A stretch of DNA of 64,000 nucleotides from Eledone cirrhosa. Its lineage: Eukaryota. The notes under the pieces were generated by a model. That model had not been told where the DNA came from and did no database searches. It saw nothing but the letters and a program-made list of their open reading frames with translations. The stretch is taken from assembly GCA_964016885.1 (NCBI GenBank), contig OZ024746.1:39928001-39992000 (forward strand). The letters run 5' to 3'. The position numbers were made by a program, and so were the translations under genes. Positions 42,291-60,400 of the stretch are shown here, piece by piece (position 1 is the stretch's first letter; each line of letters starts with the position of its first letter).

Positions 42291-43509
42291 TTCATTCAGC
42301 CCCATCGCTCTCTGTGGGGCATGGGCGAATGTCGACCGTCCACTATCGAACACGATCCTGAACTGCTCTCGCCACTCCACTTTAGTAGGCTTCCAGTTTT
42401 CTTAATTGATGATCGACTAAAGAAAGAAACTCTGAAGATGGTGCCCCATCATTGATGCAGTCCAATATCTGAAGGAAGAAAGTCAAAGTTGGCCTCGGTG
42501 GGATTTAAATTCAGAATGGAGATGTTCGTAACGAAACCAATAAAATAACGGTTTCTGATTTAAGCATCAAGTCAACAATTTCAGGAGGGTGGTAAAGTCG
42601 ATTAAATCGACCCAAGTACTTGGCTGCTACTTTATTTTATCGAACTTGGAAGTATGAAAGGTAGAGTTGATCTCGGCGAGATTTGAACTCTGAACGCTAA
42701 GCATTTTGTCCGACGCTCTATTGTTACCGCCCAATAAAATAATTCTGACAAATACCGTACAAAGGAATACACCAAGTATCTTTTGTTGGGTGTTGGGTAT
42801 AATGAAATTTGGTTATCGATTCACTATCAAGAAATATTTAATAATACTTTCGAATATCACATCTTTTAATATTCGTTTCTAAGCTCTCCTAAACATGTAT
42901 GTATGGACGTACAAATCCTGGTCGAGTTGTAAGGGCGTCGTAGTGACTTACAAGGTTTCCTGAGCACTTTAAACATGGCGTAGCCCATCCCTCTCATGAT
43001 TTGAACACGGACAATTTCTTCCGGATAAGGAAAATGATAGAGAGGAAATGAAAAAAGAATTGTCCTGGTACTTTTTTTTATCGACCATGGAAGGATAAAA
43101 CCGCAAAGTTGACCTCATCGGGATTTGAACTTAGAGAGAAAAGATTCAGAACAAATACTGCAAAGTATTCTATCCGACATTCTAACTACTCCGCAAATTC
43201 GCCGCCTCTGGTTAACATATTAATGCCTTAAATTATCTTGCTTATTTGTCTTTCTCATTCAGTCATTTTTCTCTGCCTAAATAGTTAATAATTTATTAAT
43301 CTGTTCTTATATATTTTATGACAATGAAATCCCTGCTATTGGTATTTTCTCAAGTTACTCAATTTGTTAATTTTTTCTTTATTGTTGTTTTCTCATTAGA
43401 ACAGTCTGCTCTTATCGTATGTTTTTGTTGTTATTGATTTGACACTGATTTTTTGGTTGGTTATGGTTGTCGTTGCTGTTGTTGTTGTAACTGTTGCTGC
43501 CGCTGTTGA

Positions 43510-46282
<2,773 letters not shown>

Positions 46283-46639
46283 GCTGCTGATGTTAATGCT
46301 GCTGCTGCTGCTACTGTTGCTGCTGTAGTAATATACACACACACACACACATACATACATACAAACATACATACATATATACATACATACATACATACAT
46401 ACATACATACATACATACATACATACATACATACAATAACATCCATATCTACACATGCATGCATACATACATATCTACCTAGTTGATGTTGTGTAAATTC
46501 CAATGAGGGAGTCTTGTGTCTATGTTAGAAACCGACTCTCTCTCTCTATTGGTAAAACTTTGTGAAATTATAAAACCAGAAGAACATACATACATACATA
46601 TATATATATACAAAATCCAAAATCGAGGGCTTTCTCACT

Positions 46640-47335
46640 TTTTTTGGAGGAAGCCCTCTCAGTTTTACCTCCACAGCTTCCTATCTCTGGTCATATTCGG
46701 CCATGTGGGGCCGAGATATCGGCTCAGATCGCTGCGCCACGTTACCTTTGGCCGCTCTCTGGTTCTTCTCTGTCTTGGTCTCCACTCCGTTGCTCTAATT
46801 GTCCATCTGTTATCTCTGAGCTCATCTATGTTTGCCATTCTTGATAGTCCTTCACTCCAGTCTGCTGTCGAATCCAGCTGTTGCTCTTCCTGTCATGTAA
46901 GGTCGTACCGAGCGTGATTCGCTCCATTTTATGTTGGGTAACTGCAAGCATCTCTGTAGTGGTGGCGTTGAACGCCCATATTTCATTTCCATAAGTCATC
47001 ACCAGCGGAATATATTCATTAAACAGCTTTCTTTGGTTTCGATTGCAGACTTGGGACTTCTTATGTTGTTATAAACCTTTCCAAACGCCGCCAGGCCAAA
47101 CACAATCCTTTTGACCTCCGGAAGTTGGACACCATCTCTTGCAATCTTCTTTCCGGGGTACACATAACTGCCTCCTTCCTCGATGGTCTTTCCATTTACA
47201 ATAACTGATGATGATTTAACGTGACTGTTAAACATGACCGTTGTTTTCCTATATTCGATGTTAAGGCCTACGAGTTGACTCCCAGTGAGAATAGCATTGA
47301 GCATCTCCTCCAATTCTTGTAGTGTATAGACTATT
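46640..47335 (-). mobile_element. decayed RTE-clade LINE fragment
   Basis: LEEMLNAILTGSQLVGLNIEYRKTTVMFN...SYVYPG...EVKRIVFGLAAFGK, followed by frameshifted RTE C-terminal motifs. Confidence 0.75.
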
Positions 47336-47394
47336 AGGATGTATAGACTATTAGTGTATAGACTATGTCGCAGAGGAGTTCACCATCTTTGTTG

Positions 47395-47545
47395 AGAAGA
47401 AGAAGAAGAAGAAGAAGAAGAAGAAGAAGAAGAAGAAGAAGAAGAAGAAGAAGAAGAAGAAGAAGAAGAAGAAGAAGAAGAAGAAGAAGAAGAAGAAGAA
47501 GAAGAAGAAGAAGAAGAAGAAGAAGAAGAAGAAGAAGAAGAAGAA
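47395..47545. repeat. (AGA)n microsatellite
   Basis: Directly visible. Confidence 0.95.
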
Positions 47546-48045
47546 ACTTTGCTATATTGAAGTAGCGTTGCTATTAAGTAGTTATAAGCATAATTAAAGT
47601 TCATGCTGCGCATGCTCCGTCTGTTGTAAAGGAGACAGAAAGAAAGAAGACAGTAAACAATAGCGAGATGACCAAGTGTCAGCCATGTCGTAGTGAAGAA
47701 TTGTTTCAAGTGATTTCATAAGAGCGGCGGCAGGGCGGGAGTTAATACAATTAGAAATAAAGGGGGGTAGCATTGTTATATGGGAAATTAATAGTATAAC
47801 GGGAAATGACTAATCATGTAATGAAATGTAATATTCATATATATGTGTGTGTGTGTCACATATATATATATATATATATATATGCATGCATATATATATA
47901 TGTGTGTGTGTGTGTCTGTGTGTATTACATAATATTTGTTGTGTTAAGAAGTCGATGAAATTTTAGTCTAGTCACAGATATTTCGTATTTTTTTGTTGTA
48001 GATTTGTTTTGTTTTGGGTTTGTATTTTTTTCATTTTGTCGTTAG

Positions 48046-48084
<39 letters not shown>

Positions 48085-51000
48085 ATACCTACTCTAAATT
48101 AAAACCTTATTGTGGCGCCCCCCGATAACCCCCACCCCACCCCCCACTCTAGTTTCGATATGTGTCACTAAATGACTCTTAAAAGCCAGTACTTAATTAC
48201 GATTTCGTGGCATTAATTACGTCTTTAATTAATGTCACTAAATACGATTTCATGGGTGTAGGCAAGGTTCTGTGGTTAAGGAGTTAACTTCAAAACTATG
48301 TGGTCTCCTGTTCGATCTCCCCGTGTTGCACCTTGAGCAAGTGTCTCTCCTGCTACAGCCTCGACTCGACTAAAACCTCGCGAGTGAAATTCAGTAAATG
48401 GAAAGTGTGTAAACTCGTCGAGTGTGTAAGCCCGTTTCTGTTGTGTGCTAGACTTAATCCCCCCACCTGGTATAACATTGCTACTATGTAGTCCTTGATT
48501 GCGTATTCTGTCCTTTAACCTGTAACTCCTGATGGAGTCGTAGGATCTCCGTCATGACAGCTTGTCTTAGCGAAGCCTATCCCTTTTCCAGGTCTTAACT
48601 AGCACACCCGATTTACAGAGATCGATTCTTCCTTTATACCTCTTTCACTCCTCTCTCTTTCTCTCTCTCTCTCTCTCACTCCCCTTTTCTAGGAGAAATC
48701 GGCTGCGTTTACACCTAGAGAGGGGTGGGATCTGCCAGGTTTTAAAGAGCCCAGGAGGAGTTATGGCCACATTACATATATTCTACTTCGGTGAGTTGAG
48801 TTGAAAAACAGAGTTGAAAAACTGAGATTATTTATACAATTAGTAGAAAAAAACTCATCTATTTGTGTTTAAAATGCGTGTGTGAATGCGCGTTGCTTAG
48901 TCGTTAATGTGTTCGGCTCATGGTCGTAATTTCGTTTAGTGCGGTGCAGTATGTCCTTGAACAAGACACTTTATTTTACGCTGCTCCAGTCCATTCAACC
49001 GGAATATGAGTCGTATCATATATGTAATTTTAATAGCCAGTGTTATCACACATTGTGTTACACTGAATTTCCCTGAGAACTACTTTAACGTTATACGTTT
49101 CTGTTGAATGTTCAGCTATTTGCACGTTAATTTCCCGAGCAGAGTGTTCCGCTCATCACACAAATAGAATCATCATCGTTGGGACCGACGTTGGTCCAAC
49201 GCTCACACAATGCTACAAACATTTCGTTTCACAAACACATACACAGTACGTGTATATGGTGGGGGGAGCGTAAGGAAACTTGTGTAACATTCTTAAACGT
49301 TGCTTGAAATGAGATGTATATAAAAACATGTAAACAGAGAAGCCTTGCAGCTTATAATCAACATAATATATATATCACGTGACTACTGGTATTGACAACA
49401 TTGTGCGGCCTGAAACGGATGTCGAAAATGAATCAGTTTTCTTCGTAGAGATGGGTCAAGTATGTTGGTATTGGGTCAGTTGGTTAGCGGTTGTCATGTT
49501 TTCTCAACTGAATCGGTGCTGTCGTTATTTCCTGTTGACAATACAAGATTTTTCTCAGAACAATTCTTTGTTATGTATTATAAAGGAGTTAGCCAATCAA
49601 AGAGTTGCTTTGGTTTCTTAGTTAGGTACAAGGTCAGCAATTTTGGAGAATGTGGTGAGAAAGTTGATTCAATCGACTCCCCATCATTTGTCTGGTACTT
49701 TATTTTATTGACCCCGAAATGATGAAGAGTAAAGTTGACCTTGGCGGGATTTAAATACAGAGCGTAAAGTATCAAAATAAATACCGAAAAACATTTCCCC
49801 AAGTTCTAACGATTCTGTAAATTCACCACCCTTGCCAAACCACCGAACGACTTTAAGAAATCAAATATCAACACAACACATAGCATGCAATAATTATTTT
49901 ACTCAATATCCTATAATTCCTGGTAGTTACTAAAATTTTCTGACACAGCAGAAATATCCGTGTAGATATGTGTCTAGTTTCTTATGAGAAGTGTATTTTA
50001 TACGTTCGCCTACTATCGCAAAGCCTATAAGATGACCACCAAATAATCAAAGATGGCCTCTTCTATCGCAGAGCCTGTAAGCTTTTAGACTGAACCTTCT
50101 TGACCTTTGTGAATATCGACTCTTGCCAGTCATTCCTGTCAACTACTTCTAACAACCATTCCTTAACTAACATTGTTCTTTATATTCTTACAGATAATGT
50201 CAATAAATGTGCTCATAGTTTTTCTTGATATTCCACCGTGCAAAACAGACTTCCCAACTCATATTCTTCACCTCACTTTTTTACAGACCACGTGCATACA
50301 GTCACAAATGCGGGAAGTTTTGCAGTCACTTCAACTCAACAAGGTGACCGATTCTGGCGAGGTCCCTTCTATCACCCTCAAACAATGTTTTTCCCCAAAT
50401 AACTGCTTTCCTCATTAAGCTCGTCCATATTTCCCCTTCTTTGAATATCCAGACTTACTAATAAAGACATGCAGTAATTATTCCCCCAATCCCTGCAATA
50501 TATTTATCACCCTTTACGGTTAGAGTAGGGCCAAACCTTCCAAAGGCAGGCTTTCCTACTCACAGTTCAATAGTCTCTCGACCTTGACAACGACGGCACG
50601 AGTAATGTTGTAGCCATTGACAGTAACCTTCGACCGTATCTGACATGATATTCTCGTGGCAAACTTGTCTGCATATAAAGGTCATTCATCTTTCATCTCT
50701 TGAATCACAAGCTTCCTCTTATTCCGCTTCATCACAGCATTTTAAGACATCTCTTTACCCGACCCCCTTTCATATTAATAGTGATGGATCTGAGAGATTC
50801 ATTACATTAATCCCAAACGCAGAAAATAACTGTAACAACAGTCGATCGCTATAAATAATAGCTTAGAAAATCGGGTAAATTACCCCTAAAGACGGGAAAA
50901 AGTAGACAACAGCCATTCCGTAGCAAATGTTGGTGGCTTTTATATATGGCGATCGATTTGGCAATCCTAAGAGTGTTAAATATTTGTTCCGGGTCTCTGC

Positions 51001-51100
51001 ATTCTCAGTTCAAATCACTTTCGGGGTCTATAAAGAAAATACCATTCCATTGTGGGTGCAGCCTGGGAAATTCATACTCAATTGCGAGTGACGGCAATAG

Positions 51101-51132
<32 letters not shown>

Positions 51133-51133
51133 G

Positions 51134-51189
<56 letters not shown>

Positions 51190-51810
51190 TTGATTGAATA
51201 TACACGTGCTTTTTCTCAAAAATGATTTTTTTTCGTTCCTTCCTCTTCTCATTCTCTATCTTTCTATTTCATCTTTAGTTCTCATTTTATCTTCTGGTGA
51301 AGGACTGTTGTACGAAACGAAAAGACTCTTTTCCTACTATATCAAGCGTTAAACTAATATATTTCTTCACTCTACTGTGTTGTTTTCTTTGTTGTTTCCG
51401 TTTACTTTTCACATATATATAAATACATATATATATATATATATAAATACATATATATATATATATATGTATTTATATATATATATATTTTTTTTTTTAT
51501 GTGGGCTGATAGGGGGCGGTTTAAAGATTTACAGAAACCCAAGAAGCTAGATTTACCATCTTTCTAGTGGGTCCGGGTAAGCTTTTTACATTCATATGAT
51601 TTATTGATTTATTGATATTTTATCTGAGTGACCCGAATCTTCCTGATCGTAATTTTTCGGTCGTATGGGTGATTTTAGACATAATCTTTGTGTGTTGGTA
51701 TTTTAACGATAGTTATAGCTCTGATTTATCTGAATTATTGAGCCCTCTGCCATTCATGTCGAATTTTGTTTATCGTGAACTCGTGCGCCGATTTTTCGAT
51801 ACTCGATTAT

Positions 51811-51812
51811 TC

Positions 51813-51846
<34 letters not shown>

Positions 51847-52343
51847 GAATGGCAATTTCTGTATGTTTGTGTGTTTGTTTGTTTGTGAACCTAAAACTCA
51901 AAAACTACCAAACCGATCTTGATGAAACTTGACACGTGTGTGGGGCTAATGCCCATTTGATTTCTTACGTATATTTCATTTTAATCAAAGGATTCCCCGG
52001 GGGCTCAAATCCCTGCTGAAAATTTTTTCTCTTCGATTTACATGAAATTTAAACCATAGGTAAATGACAAGATATGATGCCAAATTTCACTAATATTAAG
52101 ACACCCTAATGAGGGTTCTATCTTTTTCCTTATAGCAACACTCAACTTCTCAGATAAACATGTTTTCATCTGACCAATGCAATCAACAATATTTGTTTGT
52201 ATTATTGTTTCGTAAATGAATTTGTCTTCGCTTTTGGTTATCTGTCGTATATTTTGATTTCATTTTTGGACTGAGAGGTATTGGGCATTTTAATGGGAAC
52301 TGGGAATACCCCCGCTCCCGGGTATTACCGGGTACCTCAGCTA

Positions 52344-52344
<1 letters not shown>
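51811..52344 (+). mobile_element. non-autonomous Helitron-like element
   Basis: 5' TC followed by TA and (tttg)n microsatellite and aaaactac..accgat; 3' hairpin cccgggtattaccggg about 8 nt before terminal CTAG, followed by T. Confidence 0.65.
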
Positions 52345-52387
<43 letters not shown>

Positions 52388-52794
52388 ATACTTTGGGAGG
52401 GTCATGTTGCCAATAAGAAACACACGCACCAGTTGCTTTCACTTCAATTTATTATATATTTATAAATTTATAAATTTACAAATCTACAAATTTATAAATT
52501 TCTGGTTGGTTGGTTGGTTCCACAACCAGATAGTTGTTTATATATAGTCATAGTCCTTTCGTCACACACTCTGTGACCTCTTCAGTGACTGGGGATTCCT
52601 TTCTTTGTTTCTGTGCCTTTCCTTTCTTCTGTCCTACGCCATTTTGTTTCTGTGTGTGTGTTGTGTGCTCAGTTTGCGCATGCGCCATATCCGGGTGTCT
52701 GTGTGTGTTTGTGTTCATTTATCTATTTGTTTATTTATTTACATGTTATTGGTTGGTTGTTTGTTCTATGTGTGTGTGTGTTTTCATTTTGTCC

Positions 52795-53514
52795 TTAATT
52801 GTAAGTTGTGATGTTGCTGTTCCACTCATATTTTCTATTTAATTTTGGTTGTAATTCTTTTATGTTTATTGCCTCTGTAATTTGTCTAAACATTGCATCT
52901 TTCCTGTGTGTAGATTCTATTTTTATTTCTATGTTCTCTAATTTACCCTTGTGTTCTATCTTAGCATGTTGGTAGAGTACAGATGATTCTTTATTATCTT
53001 GAAGGTCTCGCTAGTGTTCATTTATCCGTTCCCCTATACTACGAGCTGTCTCACCTATGTACACTATATTTTTGTTTCTACATTGTCCTTCAGTACATCT
53101 TATGCTATACACTACATTTCTAGTTTTACAGTTAATATGGGGGCTTATTTTACAGGTTATACATTTCTTATCTATACATGAGGGTCTTTAGAACGGGTAT
53201 CTCTTGCTAATAAGTGTTTTTACGGAGGTACCTGGTCTTTCTACTATCTTAATATTGAGTTTATGTTTATTTAGGGCCCTTCTAAATTTGTAGGCTAGTT
53301 CGCCTCTAGGGGTTGTATCGATGAACATTACACTCTGGTATTTATTGCTATCATACCATGAGTTTATTCTATTGGCCTTGTTCCTAGTTCTTTCTATTCT
53401 ATTCCAAAATTTGCTCCTATACAAGGGGCAGGTCCCATTTATGTCATTATTTACCATTTTTTTTACCATTTTTTTCCCATTTGGTTCTGGCTCCTCTATA
53501 CACTCTGAGAACAA
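52795..53514 (-). pseudogene. PLE polyprotein C-terminus: linker, Cys-rich zinc finger, GIY-YIG endonuclease (two in-frame stops)
   Basis: One frame: VMFIDTTPRGELA..KIVERPGTS..YPF*RPSCIDKKCITCKISPHINCKTRNVVYSIRCTEGQC..VYIGETARSIGERINEH*..SVLYQHAKIEH..RQITEAINI..LNRKYEWN. Confidence 0.9.
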
Positions 53515-53572
53515 TTAGGAATGACGTAGGACAGAAGAAAGGAAAGGCACAGAAACAAAGAAAGGAATCCCC

Positions 53573-53617
53573 AGTCACTGAAGAGGTCACAGAGTGTGTG
53601 ACGAAAGGACTATGACT
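53573..53617 (+). ncRNA. minimal type I hammerhead ribozyme in the PLE terminal repeat (mirror at 52546-52590, minus)
   Basis: agtca-CTGAAGA-g-gtcaca..tgtgac-GAAA-ggac-TA-tgact. Confidence 0.8.
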
Positions 53618-53831
53618 ATATATAAACAACTATCTGGTTGTGGAACCAACCAACCAGAAATTTATAAATTTGTAGATTTGTAAATTTATAAATTTATAAA
53701 TATATAATAAATTGAAGTGAAAGCAACTGGTGCGTGTGTTTCTTATTGGCAACATGACCCTCCCAAAGTATAACAATATCGGTTTCAACACACGATTTCA
53801 GATAAAGAATCTTCCTAAACAAATTCAGAAA

Positions 53832-54000
<169 letters not shown>

Positions 54001-54314
54001 AATGCATTGGAAGTTAGACAGAAGCATAGATAATCACATGCATGCACACACAAAGCATATAAGTTTACCTTGGTGAATTGGCAGTATCGGTAGAGTGTCG
54101 GACGCCATGCTTTGCAGCATAGTTACGTCCCTTTACGATCTGAGTTCAAATCCCGCCGAGGTTAACTTTGCCTTTCATCCTTACGGGGGCGATAAAATAA
54201 ACTACCAGTAATACACTGGGTAATTGCTGGCCTTGTGCCAAATGTAGAAACACTTATATATTAAATTATCCTAAAAATGTGTGTGTATCCTTAATGTAAA
54301 GAAGGAAGGATGTG

Positions 54315-54378
<64 letters not shown>

Positions 54379-57300
54379 GGTGGGATAAGCGAGAGTAAAA
54401 TTACTGTTATGCCTGAATACATATGCATGTTAGCTAATAAATCATTAGATAATATAGCTAATATAACCAGTTCATTAACATAAGTATATATATGCGTGTG
54501 TGTGTGTGGGTGTGTATTTATATATAAACATATATATACACATATATATATACACACATATATATACATACATATCTTTATACATACATATACTCATCTC
54601 CATTCATTTCCACTATTAACATAAGACCATCAGTTTGAAGGTAGCGGTGTAGCCGAGTTAATAGACTCCAGTAGAGGACACGCCATCATTTTCTCTAGAA
54701 TGATGAACGACAAAATTGATCTCAGTAGGTTTTGTAGTAACTAAATACACCAATTCAGATTCTGCCACCACCACCCCTCCCAACTCCACCAACACCAACA
54801 GCAACGGCACTACCATCACGACCACACCACCATTAACTGTTGCTATCACTATCGCACCACCACACCACCCTTAGCTGAGCCAATATTAAAAACAACTGAG
54901 CCAAATTAGTTAATTCTCACTGGAATGGAGTTTTGCCAAAACCGACATTTATATCTGCGGGTGTCATTCGTAACGAAAAAAAGAACATCATATCTAGTTT
55001 ATAAATATATAGAAATATATAGCAATCATACATTATATCATACTACATGTATTAAAGTGCATACATCAAAATAAATATGCAGTAAAGAAAAAACAAAATC
55101 TATGTGACAACTTCATTAGTATGCTTGATTGGACATACATAAAAATCTTAAAGATTGACAGTAAAAAAAAAAAACCTGAAGAAAATTTACTACTATTGGC
55201 AACATGTTGATTGAATTCATAAACAGAAAATTAAAACCGAATGAAACTTAAAATTAATCTCATTCGTCTTTGGTTACTAAATTACATACATTCTCTAAGA
55301 CAGAAGCTAATAAATCGTAGATTATATATGTAAATGATAGACCACCAAGGAGTTTATGACGGAACGCCGTTTTTTTTTGGGGGGGGGGGATAAAGGGAAT
55401 AGTATTAGGTTGTTCAGAAATTTATGCAGGTTTTTAAACATTTATTTTAAAACGACATATCTCAGTCCAGATTAAACTTTATTGATTGAAATAAAAACCA
55501 TTAGAATCTACTTATTTTTGTTAACAAGATACAAGTTTATTTATTCCGGTAATATAGATAGTTAATTTACACAGTGCTCCTGTTGCTTAGAATTGTGAAT
55601 ATATTTACACATTCTACCTAAGTATCGCTAGATTGACTGAGCCCACCAATAGAAACAATCTTGGTCATAGTTTGAACGTAGCCCATTCGACCAGCAATCA
55701 ACATCCATCAACTTAACTAGCTGTGTCACTCTAAGAGGAATTCGGTGCCAAATGTTGATAAGCAACTGAATAGTAAAGTCCACTGCATTTCGAAATAAAC
55801 CTATATGCCACGATTTCGATTTCTTATTGAAATCCTTTTCATTTTCTTACGCTATAAATATTCTTTAGAAAGGTATATATCACTACTCTCATCCCTAAAG
55901 TTTTGGGGTTCTTTCTTACCCAGAGAAGGTCAGAGGAAATCATTCTTGAGCGTCATCATTTTGTACACTCCTTCAAATAAAGTTTGGAAACATATAATTA
56001 TAATCGATATAAAGAGCAAAATGTTGAAATGTTAATAAATGACGTTTGTTTATGCAGAGGATGTATCATATACTCCATCTTTAATATTCGGGTAACATAC
56101 ATATATTTTTTTCAAAAAATTATGAATGATGGCATATTACTATAGAAGACGTAAACTATATATATATATATATATATCAATATATAATTAAAACTTCAAT
56201 CTTCTCTTGGGCATGAACAGCGAAGAATATCATTTTTTTTTTTTTTTTGGCTGATAGTGACAGTGTTTGATTACTATTTGGCTAAAACTTTGAAAGTGGC
56301 GATATTATATTTCTGGGGAGATTTCATCGTCTTGGGGGTATAGTCGATTAAAGTTAAAATATCTTAGTATTTCTTTTTGTATTTTTTAATACTAAACCAA
56401 TACTTATAAGGGAGAGGAACAGAGTTGTGATGTTCATGCTTTTCTCTGCAAGAATTAACGAGATAATCAAAATTATAAAAAAAGAAATTTTTTAAATGCG
56501 TGGCCTTAGATCACCTTAAATTTCGTGACGTGTGTCAAAAAGACAAATAAAACATTGCAGTTGTAGAATGAATAAAATATGAATTGCTATGTAAATAGTG
56601 GAAATATAAGATTAATAGCTTTAATATAGATAACTGTAAATATTGTTCTTGGGAATTAATTTGCGTTATGTCGTAAATAATTGGTTTCTGAATTAGGCAC
56701 AAGACCATCAATTTAGGGGGAGGGGAAAGTCGATTAAACCGCCCTAGTGTGTTACTGGTACTTTATTTTATCGACCCCGTAAAGATGAAAGGTAAAATTA
56801 ACCTAGACAGGATTTGAACTCAGAACGTAAAGGAACGTAACCATATGCCGCAAAGTATTTTGTCCGACGTTCTACCGATACTGACAATCCACAGCCCTTA
56901 CGTCGTAAATAATTGAGATTTATTGATAAATGATATGATCTATCGAACGACAAACACCGTGAGCTTGATGAGAGAGTGGGCTGTAATTGGTGTTGGTAAG
57001 GAAAATAACGGGCAAGTGGCTGAGCATTCCACAGACACTGTACCCTTAACGTAGTTAAATGATACGATCCATTGAACGACCAACAATGTGAGCTTGATGA
57101 GAGAGTGGACTGCAATTAGATTATTGGTGTTGGTAGGGAAACTAACGTGCAAGTGTCTGAGCATTCCACAGACACGTGTACCCTTCACCTAGTTCTCGGC
57201 GATGTTCAGGGTGATAGTGTATGGCAAGGCTTCCCCTTTGAATTACAGGTACAGCTCATTTTTACTAGCTGGGTATACTACTGGTGCAATGTGAAATAAA

Positions 57301-57469
57301 GTGTTTTGTTCAAGGTCACAAGGGGACGCTGGGAATCGAACTCACAGACTTACGATCACGGGTCTTCAGTTACAGGCCTTCACAATGAAGCTATATTTCA
57401 GTTAAATGCATCAATTTTAGATCGGGTTTAAAGCTACTTGTAAGAGAACTGTTTTACTTCCGGTTATAC

Positions 57470-60400
57470 TAGTGATGGCGATGACTGTCATGGTGGCGAT
57501 TGGAATAATGATGACAATTATGGTGATGATAGTGATGATAGTGGTGATAGTATTGGTGGTGATGGTGGTGATGGTGGTGATGGTGGTGATGGTGGTGATG
57601 GTGGTGGTGGTGATGGTGGTGATGGTGGTGATGGTGGTGATGGTGGTAGTGGTGATGGTGGAGATGGTGGTGATGGTGGTGATGGTGGTAATGGTGGTGA
57701 TGGTGATGGTGGTGATGGTGGTGATGGTGGTAATGGTGGTGATGGTGGTGATGGTGGTAGTGGTGATGGTGGAGATGGTGGTGATGGTGGTGATGGTGGT
57801 GATGGTGGTAATGGTGGTAATGGTGGTGATGGTGGTAGTGGTGATGGTGGAGATGGTGGTGATGGTGGTGATGGTGGTGATGGTGGTGATGGTGGTGATG
57901 GTGGTGATGGTGGTGGTGGTGGTGATGGTAATGATAGTGATGGTGGTGATGGTGGTGATGGTGGTGATGGTGGTGATGGCGGTGATGGTAATGATAGTGA
58001 TGGTGGTGATGGTGGTGATGGTGGTGATGGTGGTGATGGTGGTGATGGTGGTGGTGGTGATGGTGGTGATGGTAATGATAGTGATGGTGGTGATGGTGGT
58101 GATGGTGGTGATGGTGGTGATGATGGTGGTGATGGTGATGGTGGTGATGGTGGTGATGGTGGTGATGATGGTGATGGTGGTGATGATGGTGATGGTGATG
58201 TTGGTGATGGTAATGATAGTGATGGTGGTGATGGTGGTGATGGTGGTGATGGTGGTGATGATGGTGATGGTGGTGATGGTGGTGATGGTGGTGATGGTGG
58301 TGATGGTGGTGATGGTGGTGGTGGTGGTGATGGTGGTGGTGGTGGTGATGGTGGTGATGATGGTGATGGTGGTGATGATGGTGATGGTGATGTTGGTGAT
58401 GGTAATGATAGTGATGGTGGTGATGGTGGTGATGGTGGTGATGGTGGTGATGGTGGTGATGGTAATGGTGGTGATGGTGGTGATGGTGGTGATGATGGTG
58501 ATGGTGGTGATGGTGGTGATGGTGGTGGTGGTGGTGATGGTGGTGATGGTGGTCATGGTGGTCATGATGGTGATGGTGGTGATGGTGGTGATGGTGGTGA
58601 TGGTGGTGGTGGTGGTGATGGTGGTGATGGTGGTGATAGTGGTGATGGTGGTGATGGTGGTGATGATGGTGATGGTGGTGATGGTGGTGATGGTGGTGGT
58701 GGTGGTGATGGTAGTGATGGTGGTGATGGTGGTGATGGTGGTGATGGTGGTGGTGGTGGTGATGGTGGTGATGGTGGTGATGGTGGTGATGGTGGTGATG
58801 GTGGTGGTGGTGGTGATGGTGGTGATGGTGGTGATGGTGGTGATAGTGGTGATGGTGGTGATGGTGGTGATGGTGGTGATGGTGATGGTGGTGATGGTGG
58901 TGATGGTGGTGATGGTGGTGATGGCGGTGATGGTAATGATAGTGATGGTGGTGATGGTGGTGATGGTGGTGATGGTGGTGATGGTGGTGATGGTGGTGGT
59001 GGTGATGGTGGTGATGGTAATGATAGTGATGGTGGTGGTGGTGGAGATGGTGGTGATGGTGGTGATGGTGGTGATGATGGTGATGGTGGTGATGATGGTG
59101 ATGGTGATGTTGGTGATGGTAATGATAGTGATGGTGGTGATGGTGGTGATGGTGGTGATGGTGGTGATGGTGGTGATGGTGGTGATGGTAATGGTGGTGA
59201 TGGTGGTGATGGTGGTGATGATGGTGATGGTGGTGATGGTGGTGATGGTGGTGGTGGTGGTGATGGTGGTGATGGTGGTGATGGTGGTGATGATGGTGAT
59301 GGTGGTGATGGTGGTGATGGTGGTGATGGTGGTGGTGGTGGTGATGGTGGTGATGGTGGTGATGGTGGTGATGGTGGTGATGGTGGTGGTGGTGGTGATG
59401 GTGGTGATGGTGGTGATGGTGGTGGTGGTGGTGATGGTAGTGATGGTGGTGATGGTGGTGATGGTGGTGGTGGTGGTGATGGTGGTGATGGTGGTGATGG
59501 TGGTGATGGTGGTGATGGTGGTGGTGGTGGTGATGGTGGTGATGGTGGTGATGGTGGTGGTGGTGGTGATGGTAGTGATGGTGGTGATGGTGGTGATGAT
59601 GGTGATGGTGGTGATGGTGGTGATGGTGGTGATGGTGGTGGTGGTGGTGATGGTGGTGATGGTGGTGATGGTGGTGGTGGTGGTGATGGTAGTGATGGTG
59701 GTGATGGTGGTGATGATGGTGATGGTGGTGATGGTGGTGATGGTGGTGGTGGTGGTGATGGTGGTGATGGTGGTGATGGTGGTGATGGTGGTGATGGTGG
59801 TGGTGGTGGTGGTGGTGGTGATGGTAGTGATGGTGGTGATGGTGGTGATAGTGAGTGATGGTGGTGATGTGGTGATGGTGGTGATGGTGGTGGTGGTGGT
59901 GATGGTGGTGATGGTGGTGATGGTGGTGATGGTGGTGATGGTGGTGGTGGTGGTGATGGTGTGATGGTGGTGATGGTGGTGGTGGTGGTGATGGTAGTGA
60001 TGGTGGTGATGGTGGTGATGATGGTGATGGTGGTGATGGTGGTGATGGTGGTGATGGTGGTGGTGGTGGTGATGGTGGTGATGGTGGTGATGGTGGTGGT
60101 GGTGGTGATGGTAGTGATGGTGGTGATGGTGGTGATGGTGGTGGTGGTGTGATGGTGGGTGATGGTGGTGATGGTGGTGATGGTGGTGATGGTGGTGGTG
60201 GTGGTGATGGTGGTGATGGTGGTGATGGTGGAGGTGGTGGTGATGGTAGTGATGGTGTGATGGTGGTGATGATGAGCTGGTGTGATGATGGTGATGGTGA
60301 TGTTGGTGATGGTAATGATAGTGATGGTGGTGATGGTGGTGATTGGTGGTGATGTGGTGATGGTGGTGATGGTGGTGATGGTAATGGTGTGATGTGGTGA

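Noticed and set aside
51616-51690. HHR at tattttat-ctgagtga
   Set aside because: The core box has an extra base and no GAAA follows the putative stem II.
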